From contig CM052821.1 of assembly GCA_028534125.1 (NCBI GenBank), forward strand, positions 55,614,001-55,678,000: a DNA stretch of 64,000 bases, read 5' to 3'. Below are positions 1 through 13,070 of the stretch, in pieces. The notes under the pieces are model-generated. The model saw nothing but the letters and a program-made list of their open reading frames with translations. It had not been told where the DNA came from and did no database searches. The first letter of the stretch is position 1, and every line of letters begins with the position of its first letter. Origin of the DNA: Lama glama (Eukaryota). A program made the translations under genes and the position numbers.

Positions 1-1184
1 GGTGTCTCTGGGGGACCCTGTGCTTAGTCCCCTCGGATCCCGGTGGCTCCGCCTGGGCCTGGCTCAGGGCCCTGCTCGGTGATTTCTGGTCAACGGAAGC
101 GCATCTCCCCCAGCCCCAGTTGAGAAGTTCAGCACCACCCTCTAAGCACCACGTGAGGTTGCCAGTGTCCAGTTGGATTAGGTGAATTTTGAGGAGGGCT
201 CGAAGGAGCGTCAGTCCCATTGGAAGCAAATCCAAGAATCACAGCACCATTACCGGACTGGGTTGTCACAGGGCCTGTGGCACCCTGGGCTCTGTGTTGG
301 GGGGCAGCCCAGCGAGGGGAGCACAGCAAGTGCCCGGCCTCCAAGGTGCACACAGGTGAGGTCGTGATGCAGCAGGTGACAGGACGAGGTCACGATTCCC
401 GAGTGTCCCAGAGCGATTTGGCCAGCTCTGGTTGCACATGAGCAGAAGGCGACATGAGCTCGTCGGCTGGGCCTGGCAGAGTCTGGGGGCTTCGATTGGC
501 CTTGAAGGGCTGGGGAGGGGGTCAGGTCAGCAACAGAAGGGCTCCCAGGACTCAGAGCTGCGTCAGCCTGGGCACATGCACCAGTCGGTCACTGTCTCCC
601 AGGGAGTTTCAAAGAAAAGGGACGAGACCAGTCCTTGGCCTCTCCCAACGCTGGTGGCCTCGGAAGCCTGGGTGGTAACCCCCGTTCTGGGGTGGACGTA
701 ACAGGAGTGCTCAGGCTGTATCTGGAGCTCACTGTCGGGAGCCATGGGGCTGGGCTGTGCTTGACTTTGGGAGGTGGTAGGGCTCCTCCAGACCTCAGTC
801 AGTCACCATAACCCACAGCATTGTCAGTCAGAATCAGGCAAAGGTGCGACAGAGTAAAAGACCCTATGATTGGATGAGTGCCGTGTGCCTATTATAGGTT
901 TGGGAGATGCAGGGAATGGCTGCAAACAAACCATTGGCTGTAGCTGTATCTCACTGCCCAAAAGGTGGTCCGGCCCCTAGCATGGCCAGTGTTACCGTGC
1001 CTCCCTGCCACCTGAGGTCAGGTACAGAGGGTGGGTCCCCTCTGGAAGGTCCAAGGTTGGCAGTGAGTTCTCGGGGCAGGTGAGAGGTCGGCTGGCAGGG
1101 TGTCCATGCCGCTTGGGGTGGAGGCTGCAGCTGATCAGCCTGGCGTGACTCCTGTCCACAGCACTTCCCGCCAGGTGAGGATGA

Positions 1185-1272
1185 ACTTGCTGTGAGGATA
1201 CGGTGAAGGCTGTTCAGGAAAGCGCTGAGAGTGGTGCCCGGCACCCAGACAGTCCTTCGCAGATGTTAGCTG
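1185..1272 (+). mobile_element. MIR SINE 3' fragment
   Basis: tgctgtgaggata...aaagcgctgagagtggtgcccggcac...gatgttagct resembles the MIR 3' consensus. Confidence 0.6.
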
Positions 1273-3094
1273 TGAGGCTTGGTTTCATTCTCCCGGTCAC
1301 TTCTGCCTCTGCTCTCCTGCCTTCTCCTGAATTCTTGATTTAATCTGATCAGTCTGCTGTGCTTTTGGCTCAAGCGCCTGCTGGGTGCCACCAGCACGTG
1401 GGAGAAATGGGGCCCAGTGCCGTGACTCGGGTGGCACGGGTGATGGTCTCAGGCAGCACCTCCCAAGGGGAAGGTGCTGCAGCCACGTGTGCAGTTTCAC
1501 GTGTTCCGGTAACCACGCGAGGTGTGCAGGGAAACAGGAGAAAGGAGCTCTGACTTACCCGTTATTCCAAGGTACACAACATAGTCTCTTAGCATTAAAC
1601 ATATAACTCATGTAAAAGCTGTGAACAGTAACGTGAGTTCACGTTTTGGTGCCAGGTCTCTGCCACCTGGGGCGCGGGCCACACCAGGAGCCTGGCCCGG
1701 CGGCTGCCTGTGCCGAGGAGCGTGGGGCTCGTCTGGGGCGCGCTTTGGGGCTGTGGAGGTGGACCTGCCAGCAGACCAGAGGTGACAGGGGAGGGAAGGG
1801 CCACTGGAGGGGTCGTTAGGGTGTGGCTGGGCTTTGGGGGGTGGCGTGCTGTTCACTGAGATGGGGAGGGTGTGGGGACAAAAGACAGGGTTTGGGGTAC
1901 ATGGTGCTTGGGTGCCTGTGAGACAGGCACCTCCACACAGCTGGGGGCGGGGGCAGGGGCGGGGCGGTATCGGGTGGAGCTCCCCCCCCCAGCACGGCTG
2001 GCCCTGCCCACCTTTCCCTGTGCCAGCCTCCTCAGCCAGCATGCTTCTGGGGCCTGAACTTTGGCTTAAAATAAGGTGTGTGGGCAGCAGGCCTTGTGGA
2101 AGCTTTGGAGTCTTGGGGGTGCGGGAGCTTAACGTAACAGCGGTGAAAATAGCTTAAAATCACCTGCTGAACATCCGTGTTAAAAAAATGCCCTTTCCCC
2201 CCAGGAGTGTCTCACAGGCACCTTCTTCTCCCTGGGGGCCGCTTTCTCACCCTGCTCCCCCCTCACGGTGGGTGTGTGTGGGCGCTTCTGCCCCCGCGGA
2301 CGACGGCTCGGCGCAGATGCAGCGCGGCCTCCCATTCTGCCTGCGTCTCTCCCCCGGATGCTCGAAGCAAAACGGAGCTGTGGGGAAATGTGCTTCCTCC
2401 GTCGGTGTCTGTACGTTATGCTGTACCTTGTGGCCCAAAAAGATCACGATGATTCATTGGAAGTAAGAGTCGCCCTCATGCATTAAATGTGTGATATGCG
2501 AGCACTTTTAGAAGAAAAGCTCATCGAGGCTGTGGACACAGTGCTCTTTGCTCCCTGAGACGCTAACCACAGCCCTTCCCATATTAAATGTGCTTTGGGC
2601 TCCATGGTTGGGATGCACTGTGGTGCACGTGGCCGCCCCCGTTGTCACAGATTTGTTTCCTCCAGGTTTTCCCCACTAACCGCCGCGGAGGATCCTGGTG
2701 CTCACGTCCTTGCCCTTCTCTCTGGATCTTTTCTTGGGGTAATTACTGGACGTAAAATGGTTGCTTCAAAGAGTGTGCCTGTTTTTAAGACTTGATCATG
2801 GTTTCTCTTTTTCACATTTCATGGCCTGTCTGTATCTCTGCTGTCGTTTCTCTGTGCACGTCTCCCCGCGATGATGTGTGTGTGTGTGAGAGAGGGCCTT
2901 TCGTGTTGGCCCAGCAGCTCCTTGTGCTGGTGGTGGGCGGGCAACTCAGGCAGGCACGGCACTTGCCAGGGCACCAGGTGACCGCTCTGCGGGCCACGCG
3001 CCTGGGCGGTGGGTCCAGCCAGGGGCAGGAGTGTTAGGGGCTCAGAGCCTTTGGCATTTAGTTCTCGTGGTGATCCTACAAATGGAGACTTAGG

Positions 3095-3215
3095 CCCATC
3101 TGACAGCTGAGAAAATGAGGGTTAGAGTTCCCTTGCTGAAGGTAAACTCTGCCATTCAGCAGTAGAGTCAGGACTTGAACTTGGGCCGTCTGGCTCCAGG
3201 ACCCATGCTCTGAAC
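3095..3215 (-). mobile_element. MIR SINE fragment
   Basis: cccatctgacagctgagaaaatgagggttagag...ggacttgaacttgggccgtctggctccagg resembles the antisense MIR core and head. Confidence 0.6.
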
Positions 3216-6200
3216 CGCGGCACAAATTCTGCTTCAAAGGAAGTGTGACCGCACATCAAAGCCACCCTCATGGAGGGCTGGGCACAGTTTTTCTTGCTTC
3301 TCTTTATTGACTGCCCCTCCCGTTTCCACTTTGTGTTGAAGAAGACTCGGCAGCACTGTTTTACTGTTCTTCTCTGTTTCTGGACGTCGTGTCTGTGCGT
3401 TTTGCAGAGGGCTCCGGGACAACAGACTTGCTCGTAGCTGTCTGCTGGCGCTTTCAGCAGCGGCGCCTGCAGGTCACACCTCTGCACGGGTGCCTGCAGC
3501 AGCGGCGGGCCGAGGCCCAAGTCCTGGCTCTGCCCGTCCTGGCTGGTGACCTTCCCTGGGACTTTTCATCCAGGTTCCTCTTCTGCACAGGGAGTTAGTG
3601 ACGCACACCTTGCGGAGTTGCTGGGGGGCTGACGTGAGGAATGCTGCATTTCCTGGATGCTCAGAACCCAGGGCCCTGGCCTCCTCAGGCTGCTCACTAA
3701 TTGTAAAGCATGTGCAGAGTTCTGAAGAAGGAAAGTGGCCCTCAGTGTCATTTCAGGGTTGGAGAAGTACGACAGTCAGTGGTGATGGAGTTACAGGAAC
3801 ATCCGAGCCCGCGGCCGCTTGGTTGGTGGGCCTCACGAGCAGGCTGGGTGCTAAGTAGGCTTATTAAAAAATACCAGATCTCCCTGAAATGCAAGCACGG
3901 TCATCTCTGGGTTGAAGTTTCTGTTCTGAGGCGCTTCCTCACGTGACTTGATGTGTGAGGCCGCACACGCGGGGTCTGCTTTCCTGTATTCTCTCCCGTG
4001 TAAGTTTTCAGCTTTTTCTGAATGAGGCTTCTGTCTTAAGGGTTCACCCCCTCCACCTGCTCAGGGCCACTCGGCTTCCCTTGGTGTGGACTGATGCGTG
4101 GCATTGTCACGTGAGGACTGAGTTGGAGGAGCCCAAAGCTGTTCGTGTCTTACTGCCCTGATCTTGTGAGTTTCCCCCACGTGCAAGTCTGTCGAGAGCC
4201 TGTGCTGGGTCCGTCATAGTGTAACCATGCAGTGACCCTCAGGATTGCCCTTTACTGCCTGCAGGGAGGCCGCCTGCAGCAGCCTCCTGGGGCCGGACGG
4301 CTGTGGGGAGGGAGCTGGTGTCTGATTCCAAAGTACAGGTCGAGGCCATGCTGCCCGGGACGGCTCCTGGCTCTCAGCGAGCGCCGAGGGAGTTGTTGAC
4401 TGAATAAATGGAGTTAGCAAGCCCAGTTTCAGCGTTCTCTTCTTTCTTTTTTTTTTTGGTGAAAGATGAGCTCATTGTAAAACCTGTTTTTCTCTCTTTG
4501 CCAGAGAGCCATCAGCAGAGACTCCTCTTCTGTGGTGGTGTAGCGTTGATTGACGTGGTCCTTTGTGCCGGGAAAACAAATTACGTTAAAATGTTCTTCA
4601 TGATCTGTTTGTTAGTTTCCCGGCTCAGCAGCACTGTTTGTTAGGACCTGTGTCCCGCCACTTACGTACCACGCAGCTGGTGCCGCACGGATGACAGGGC
4701 TGCTGCCTCCACCCTGGCCCCGTGGAGGCAGAGGGTGGGGTCTGGTCCCTTACCCTGCGGTGCCTCTTCCCGTGGAGGCCCCCAGCGTGGTGTCCCCGCC
4801 CGGTGCCAGCTCAGGCAGCGGTGGCTGGGCTTGGGAGAAGGGACACGTCCGCTTCCTCGAGGTGCCCTCGGCCGTCTCCCTGCTGCTGCAGGCTCTGTGT
4901 TCGAACGTGCCTGTCCCTCACCCTCATCGGCTGTCCCGAAGAAGCTTCTACCACCGGAACCCTGGTGAAGTCCCCTGACCTCCTTTCCCACGGACCCACA
5001 CTTAAAGCGCGTATACAAACGCACTTCCTAAGCGACAGCCTTGGAGGACCGGAGGCCCGGCTGCCGGCAGCATGCCCGGGCAGCACAGGTGACCGGCCTG
5101 CCCGGGCGGCGGGGCCGTCATTGCTGCTGGAAGATGCCACTGGCTTGGTTGGCCTGTGCAGCCCTGCAGGGCAAGTGGGGTCTCTGTTCCAGGGGGGCTT
5201 TTGAGGTGTGGTGCTGAGCCAGGGCCCCAAGAGAACTGAGCTGAGGTGCCCAGGGGTCCCCAGGACGACAGGCCCCTTGCTGCTGGGGAATCGGCAAAGG
5301 CTTCCCTAGGGTTTGGCCGTCTCGTTTGCCCAGAATGTCCTATGGGACTACGTGAGCAGTTAAAACCGCCTGCGGGTCTGCATGCAGATCAGGTGACGTG
5401 AGCCTCCCCTTCCTACCCCCACCCCCCAAAAGCCCACCCCCACACCGTCCCTAGGCCAGTGCCTGCTTCAGCACGCCTGCCCCCGGATACCTGCAGACCC
5501 CCGGCACCCTCCTCTGGGGTCGGAAGCAGCCTGAGGGCAGGGCTGCGTGCGCAGAGGCTCCCCTGCGGCCAGCACGCAGGGTGCCGTCTTGCCCAGTTTC
5601 AGAGCCTGTAAGCAGATGGGACACACTTGCTGAGCATAACGCCTCCCACCCCGGAACTAATAATTGTACGTAAAGGTGATAAGGTAAAAAAAAAAACGAA
5701 GCCAGGTGATTGCTTCAGGAAGGAAGGGGAAGGCTTGAGAGACCTAGGCCGGCAGCCTCTGCAGCGGCCCGCGGTCCTCCTCGGGGGTCCTGCTCAGCAC
5801 ACCGTCTCCCGGGTGCTGCCTGGCCCCTGGAGACCACGTGGCTGTCTCCCTCCCCCGCCACCGTGCGAGTCCCGATTCCGTCATCTCTGGTCTGGACCGC
5901 TTTGCGGGTCTCCTGTCTGGCCTTCGTGTGTAGCTTCTCTGGCCGCCCACCTTCCACACGCGGTGAAAGACAGCGGCCGTCTGCCCGTTAGCTTCTGCTT
6001 CAAAGCCTTTGCTAGGCTTCCCGTGGTTCCAGAGTGAAGTTCAGACATCTTTGCCCGGGACATGAGGCCGGGCCCTTCCCAGTCTGCTTGGCCTGCCCCC
6101 TTGCCTGGCCGCGGGCTGCTCTCTGCCACTCACTTCCCTCTGGCCACATGGACTTGTCTGTGCCCTTTGAATGTGCCACTCACAGGCACACACACGTGTG

Positions 6201-8314
6201 CACACATGCACAAGCACACACAAGCCCTAGCACCTCTGTCCTACCGGCCAGGTGCTCCGCCAAGTTCCCGGACCAGGACTCGAGGCAGGACGGGCTCCTG
6301 TTCCTGCGCAGTGCCCCCCGGACCCCCTCCAGCCTCCTTGCTTCTGCTGTTGCAGTTGGAGTTCACCTGTCTTCCCTCTTGGTGCTGCTGTGTCTTCTCT
6401 GCCTCCCGGACCGGACGGCAGCCTCTCTGTCCGTCCTGGCAGGATCCCTGTGCCGACGGTTGCTGTGGTCTGGGCTGTGGGCCCCGGGGTGAGGGGGGCG
6501 TCTTGTGCATGTTCCAGACCCCACAGTCCACTTAGTGACTACTAGGTACTTTGAATGCCTGGGGGCATTTTGAGTTTCTTAGAATTCGTGTGTCGGACTT
6601 CACCGTCCCAATGGCCTGGTGAGTGCGGGCCCCTCATGAGGAACGTTCTGTCGTGGCTTCTCTCTTCTAAGCGCCGTGACCTTTGTGAGGTCATCTCTGT
6701 CTCTGCGGCTGATTAGAGACAGAACTCTTACAACTGACTTGCAGCACGGAGAGAATGTGTCTGCTTAGCATTGCTGCCAAATTAGTACTGCGTCTGGAAG
6801 GCCAGAGGAGAGCCAAGTTAAGAGAATCTTCTGCATAATTTATGAGAGACTGAATCATAAAATAAGCATTTACGATGGCCTGTTTGCCCAAGGTAGGAAG
6901 TGATAATGTGGCTATTACTCACGGCGATGGGGACTGTGGCGTTGTATGCCTCCTAAGGTCTTCTGCCGTGGAGTCCCCTCCGTGGCTTCTGGGGTGATCG
7001 CCAGCCTCTCTCTCCAGAACTGTCTCTCCTCCTGTTTGCGGATCAGAGCTTCGAAATTCAAATGGAAATGATGTTATGAAAACTGAATGTATCAGTATTT
7101 CTACATAATGATGTTTTTTAAAATACCCTCCAAACGGACTGATGTAGCGCCAAATGTGCTGGGCACCAGGAACAGGGCGGGGGCACGGAGAGAAGTGAGA
7201 TGGGCCCCTCCCCAGGGCGCTGCCAGGTGCTGGAGAGACATGCTGTAGGCCTGACTGCAGGAGCGCAGTGGCCTCAGGGAGGAGGGGTCCAGAGGGGGGA
7301 GGGTCCCCCAGCAGCAGGCGGTGCAGCAGGGCAGGTGGACGTGGAGCCATGTGAGGGCATCGCGGGTGTTGGCCCAGCCGCCCCAGAGGCAGACGTGTGA
7401 GGATAGTGGGGCCGGGGTCCCACCTGCCTGCCTCCCACCACCCATGGCCCCAGAGGGCAGGGCCCACCTTCCTCACTGAATCACTAGCATCCACTGCAGC
7501 TTCTCGGGCAGCTGTCCGGTCCCCGAGGACCAGAGATCCCAGGCTGCGTGTCCCTGCGGGTTGCGGGAGGGCTTTGGCTCTGCTGCGGGGGCTCTGCGTG
7601 TCCTCAGCCCGGGCCCTGATTTGGAAGTGCAGCCTGTACCTGGGACTGTGTTGACGGCGGGCGGGGGAGCCAGGGCCTGGCGGAAACTCCTGATGCCTCT
7701 TAAGGCTCTAGCCAGGGCACAGTGTGTTCCCTTGGCCAGAGAGTAGCACACAGCCAAGGCCGACTTCCGTGGACAGGGATGCAGTCCTTCCTAGGGAAGG
7801 AGTCCTGGGAGCAGTGGAACAGCCTACCAGCCAGCCCGTGTGCACATTCTGGAAAGTTCATCCTGGCAGCGGTGTGGAGGGTGGTGCAGAGGTGAGGCGA
7901 GATTCGAGGGGAGGAAGGCAGGAAGTGAGGAGGCTGGGGCTGACCTGGGGGTGTGGAGAAGAGATGAAAGATGTGACAGGTGTCTCCGAGGGACGTGGCG
8001 TCACCAGGGTTGGGGGACGTGGCGTGAGGGCCGCGGGGTCAGGGGAGAGGCTGTGTGCTGGGTGCTGGGTGACGCACTGAGCTCGTGGGAGAGGAGGCCC
8101 CCAGGGAGGAGCAGGCGGGCAGAGCTGACGCTGGGTGACTGGTGCCATGAGTGCCGAGAGGGCCGCCGGGGCCCCCAGCGCTGCACGTGGGGGCGACGCG
8201 GTGGCTCTGACGGGGCCCGACCCCGACCTGCTGGGTGGGGTGTGTAGTTCCAGGAGTCTCCGGGGAGCCTCTCATTTGGTTGCTGGCAGATTCTCAAGCA
8301 CAGAGTGTCTTGAC

Positions 8315-8405
8315 CACCATTTTGTTTAACAGCTGAGGGAACACAGAGGTCAAGGAACTTACCTGAAGGTCATCCAGTGAGCAGCGCCGAGCCTGCAGTC
8401 AAGCC
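8315..8405 (-). mobile_element. MIR SINE fragment
   Basis: ccattttg...acagctgagggaacacagaggtcaaggaacttacctgaaggtcat resembles the antisense MIR core. Confidence 0.5.
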
Positions 8406-9302
8406 CCCATGCGTGGGGTGCACCCCCACCCCCGCCGTATTCCTGCTCAAGTGGGGCACTCCCAGTGTCCTCTGATTCAAGATAACATCTAGTGTGTAAT
8501 GAAATTTTGTTTTATGCAGTTTTTCGAGTGAGTTTACACCCACGGTCTGATTGAAAAAGTAATTAGCATTCATATTAGAGCTCGCCAAACAATTCCCTGA
8601 TATTTGAGCATCAACAGAGGACAAAGCAGCTCTGTGCTGTGATCTTTGATTTACAGCTGCCTGCGCCCGGCGGGCTCTGGGCAGAGGACTATAAATAAAA
8701 TTAAAATAAATGGAAACAATGCACCTATAAATTGTGTTGCAGGAAACTCCAGTTGCCTTTTAGAGGAAATCCTTGATAAAACGCTGTCTGGCGATCCGTT
8801 TGAAAGAGGAGGGGCGGTAGATGACTGTGGCAGAGTCGGGAAAGTGAAGGCCAGGCCGCACTGTGGGAATGTTTTGAATATGAAAACAGCCGACCCACCG
8901 ATGTGCCTTCTGGTGTCAGCGCTGTTGGAAAGTCCCGGGTGGGTCCTGCCTCACGGGCGGAAGGCGGTCAGTTGAAGGTGCAGGATGGTTGGGGAGGCAG
9001 GCAGTATTTCTGTCCCTCCTTTTCTTATTCAAGTCAGCCCCTGGACTGATGTCACGGAGGACGGTGAGGCCCCGGGAGGGGCTGCGTTTGAGCAGATTGC
9101 GTGTGTGACCGCGGCAGGGAAGGGCCCATTGGAGGCGAGGGGCCCCGGGGACCTGGGGGCAGAGGGAGCCGCGGGCTCATGCACAGAGAAATCACGTTGT
9201 CTCTATTGAAACCTCGCTGTGTTTCAGTGGGTGGTGTCTCAGCTGTAATCGATGAAAAAGGGCAAGTTTCTAAAAATAGGTTTAATAAAAGGTTTACTTT
9301 TA

Positions 9303-9489
9303 TTATTCATTTATTTATTTAAAAACCTTTATTTAAAAAAATTGAAAAAATTTTATTTATTTATTTTTATTTTTTGTTGGGAGGAAGGTAATTAGGTTTG
9401 CTCATTTGTTTTAACGGAGGTACTGGGGATTGGACCCAGGACCCCGTGCGCTCTAAGCGTGTGCCGGATGGCTGAGCTGTACCCTCCCC
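9303..9489 (-). mobile_element. Vic-1-type camelid tRNA-Ala-derived SINE with target-site duplication
   Basis: The reverse strand reads ggggagggtacagctcag...cctgggtccaatccccagtacctcc...aaacctaattacc plus an A-rich tail. TSD aaggtttactttta (9289-9302) / aaggcttactttta (9494-9507). Confidence 0.85.
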
Positions 9490-10284
9490 ACAGAAGGCTT
9501 ACTTTTACAGAGCTGTCTTTGTGCTCATTCAGCTGGAGCACACGGTAACTGCACTGTTAGGTCCTGGACAGCTGGTGTGGTGAGTTATTCAACAAGTTAC
9601 CAGGGTTGCCAGAGAACTCCTTCCTCGCCGGGCGGAGACCTTCCCAGGCAAGCACTTTGATGCTGTGCCTTTCTGGTTCCCTGGGGGCTCTGCGGAGAGG
9701 AAAACGGGGACAGACCCAGAGAGAAGGCGCCAGGCCCGCATCCCGCTGGGATGAGTTTCAGGGTGAGCGGAAGCCCAGGGAGGGCGGGACAGAGGCCCTG
9801 CAGGGTGGAGCAGGGCCCAGAGGCTCGGCCCGGGGCAAGGGTGGAGAGTTAGTGTCATACGTCAGGTTGCTGGGAGCACGCACACGTGTTGGTCTCCCCT
9901 GCGTCTTGATGGTACGTGTGCCGCCTGGGCAGGCCTACAATATTCGTTTGCTGCCTGTAAGAGCACTTAAGTGACTTAAATCAGTGGATGGAGGAAAGGC
10001 TGAGTTGTTTGGACTTGAAGGTCACAGCTCAGGCCTCATTTTAAATGCCCTTGAATTGTAGGCAGAGGACTCACCGTTAGACCGGCCTGGAGACGGCCTG
10101 GAGACAGGGCAGCTGCCAGGCTACCTGGAGCTCTTGACGGACGGCCTTTGAGGGCTGGCGGCTGTTGCTCAGCCTGGACTGCCCGCTCCTGTCCCTGGTG
10201 AAGCCCACAGTGCCTTCTCACGTGGGGCCCCCAGGGCCTCGCCTGCAGGGCTCTGAGCTGCCTGTCCTGTCCTCGGGGACTTTA

Positions 10285-12455
10285 CGACTCCTCTAAGTTC
10301 CAGGCGCACAACACAAGGATTCAGTTTCTGTGCATTTCGAATTGATCGGCAGGGTGAGTCTAGTCACCACCTGTCACCGTGCGAGGCCCTTAAGATGCTT
10401 TTGACCGCGCTCCCCGTGCTGTGCTTCCATCCCTGTGCCTCACTGACTTCATAGCTGGAAGTTTGCACCTCTTCGTCTCCCTCACCTGTTTCACTCGTTC
10501 CCTCCCCGCCCTCCCCTCTGGCAACCACCTGTTTGTTCTCTGTATCCACGAGTGTTTCTGTTCTGTTGTGTTTGTTCATTTGTTTTGTTTTTTAGATTCT
10601 ACATCCAAGTGAAATCGTGCAGTATTTGTCTTTTTCTGTCTGACTTATTGCACTTAGCATAATGCCCTCTAGGTCCGTCCATGTCACAGATGGCAAGATT
10701 TCATTCTTTTTCATGGCTGAGTAGTAACCCATTGTGTGTACGTATACATTATATATGTATATGTAATATATATTTATGTATGTATTCCATACCTTCTTTA
10801 TCCATTCGTCTATCAGTGGGCACTTAGGTTGCTGTCATATCTTGGCTGTTATAAATAATGCTGCTGGTGGGTACATACATCTTTTCAAATTAGTGTTTTT
10901 GTTTTCTTCGGAAAAATGCTCAGAAGATGATTTTGACTCCTCTGCCTTCCAGTTCACTGAGTTGTTCCTCTGTATCGTCTCATTTACTGTTGCTTCCTTC
11001 TGGTTTATTTTTTATTTCAGTTATTGTATTGCTCAGCTCTGTTAGGTTCTTCTTTATGTTTCTAACTCTCTGTTAACTTTCTCACTGTGATCATCCATCC
11101 TTCCCCCAAGTTTGTCGAGCATCTTTATGATTGTTACTTATTATTACTTGAACTCTCTATCAGGTCGATTGCCTGTCTCCACTGTGCTTAGTTCTTCTGG
11201 GGTTTCATCTCATTTCTTTGTTTGGAACATATTTCTCTGTCGTTTCATTTTGCCTGATTCTCTGTTTATTTCCACATGTTTGGTAGGTTGGCTACATTTC
11301 CCGGTCTTGAAGAAGTGGCCTTGCTGTGGGAGGCGTCCTGTTGGATGTAGCAGCACGCTCTCCTCTGGTCATCAGAGCTTTACACTCTTGGGGTGCCCCT
11401 GTGGGGGCTGCGCATGGGCCTTTCTGTTGTGGTGGGGCTGACTAATGTGGGTGTGCCTGTAGGTGGGGCTGGCCTCTGACTGGTTGGCCTCTGCCCTGTG
11501 GAGGCTCCTGGCCCACTGGCGAGCAGGGCCAGGTCCTGGCGTGGCTGGCTGCAGGGCTTAGGGGGTCCCAGGGCTGGTGCTGTCTTACTGACGGGTAGGG
11601 CTGGATCCTGGCTCGGCTAGCTGCGGGGCTGGGGGGGGCCTGGGGCTGGTGTTGGCCTGGGAGTGGGGTCCTGAGACTTGTGCCAACCAGCTGGTGGGTG
11701 GGTAAGCCCCTGGGCTAGAGAGAGGACTCCAGAATGACTCTTGCCAGTGTTATTGTGGTAGACAGGCTCCCCAGAATGGCTTCTGCTGGCGTCTGTGTTC
11801 CCCGTTGCCACCTGCCTTCAGGCTCTTCAAGAGCAGCAAGTGGTCTGATCCAGGCTCTTTAAAAAGAACTTTTTTGCGGTGTGGGGGGGTTACTAGGTTT
11901 ATTTATTTGTTTATTTATGTACTTTTAAAAATGGCAGCACTGGGGATTGAACCCAGGACCTCGTGCGTGCTGAACACGTGCTCTACCACTGAGCTCCACC
12001 CTCCCCTGACCCAGGCGTCTTTCAGATTGCTTCCTCTGCCGTGGGTCTCGGGGCGTATGAGATTTCGACCCACTTAAGGGTGGGTCTCTCCTTTCTCCAG
12101 CCCTCTGCTCTCCCTGCTGGCCTCAAAGCCAGGCATTACGGGGACTCGCCTTCCTGGTGCAGGGTCCCCGGGCTGGGGAGCCTGATGTGGGGCTCTGCGC
12201 CCGCGCTCCTCGGGGAGGACTCTGCAGTTGGGATTTCTGGGTCACCAGCCTGGGCGATGTGGGTCTTGACCACACCGTGTCTCTGCCTCTCCTGCCTGTC
12301 TTGTTGTGGCTTCTTCTTTACATCTTCGGTCGTGGGAGATCCTTCCTGCTTGTTGTCAGGTGGTTCTTGCCGATCGCTGCTCTGTGAATAGTTGTGCTTT
12401 TGCTGTGCTCGCAGGAGGAGGTGAGTCCAGGTCTGTCCTGCTCTGTCACCTTGGC
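10285..12455 (-). mobile_element. Old L1 (L1MA9/L1MB-like): 3' UTR joined directly to the 5' UTR and ORF1 start, interrupted by a Vic-1 SINE
   Basis: 10285-10926 has 3' UTR hallmarks (tttagattctacatccaagtgaaatcgtgcagtatttgtc, catggctgagtagta). 10927-11300 is ORF1-like antisense sequence. A 5'-terminus-like ggaggaggtgag...ctctgtcaccttgg lies near 12415-12455. Confidence 0.7.
11861..12006 (-). mobile_element. Vic-1-type SINE nested in L1, retaining Pol III A-box and B-box-like motifs
   Basis: The reverse strand reads ggggagggtggagctcagtggtagag...cctgggttcaatccccagtg. TSD tgatccaggctcttt (11846-11860) / tgacccaggcgtcttt (12007-12022). Confidence 0.88.
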
Positions 12456-12689
12456 TACACCTCTGCTGACTTTTTTTAAGAAGCGTTTTATTTAAATTGC
12501 ATTTAGATATTCCTGGTGCCCTCGCCAATAACTTCCGTTGTATAAACAACCCACAGGTGGAATACTGAGCTGCTTTCTTCGGGTCACATGAAAGACAGGA
12601 GCCACTGAGGTGTGGAGTGTCATTTGTCCAAATAGGCTGGCCGGGTACTGAGTTTGGGCCTCTGTGGGGTCCAAGACCAGTCATTTATC

Positions 12690-13070
12690 TTTAACATTTT
12701 ATTGTGAAATACTTCAAACATAGAGAAAAGTTGAGAGACTTGTCAGTGATTGCCCGTGCCAGCCACTGTCGAGGGTGTGTTATTTCTCTCTCCACGTTGA
12801 TCTCTACCCATCCTTTAATCCATCTTTTCAGAAAATGAATTTCAAACTCAGATGTGGACATCAGTTCACCCCACGACACTTCAGCATGCTTGTCCCTAAC
12901 TGGGTTTATTTATTTATTACTGGAGGTAAAATTCACACCGTGACACGTACAAGCGTTGAGCACAGAACTCAGTGGGATGAGTTTTGACAAATGCACGACC
13001 TGTGAAGCCCAGACTCGATCGGACTGAGATCACTACCCTCATTCTAGAGCGTTCTCCAAGGTGCCACTTG
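12690..13070 (-). mobile_element. Ancient L1 (L1ME/L1MC-like) 3' end fragments
   Basis: ttttattgtgaaatacttcaaacatagagaaaagttgagag and ggtaaaattcacaccgtg...gagttttgacaaatgcac are typical old L1 3' termini. Confidence 0.6.

Noticed and set aside
11935-12006. tRNA-Ala-like gene on the minus strand
   Set aside because: It is followed by the Vic-1 tail and flanked by a TSD, with two further degenerate copies in the window. It is a SINE head, not a tRNA.
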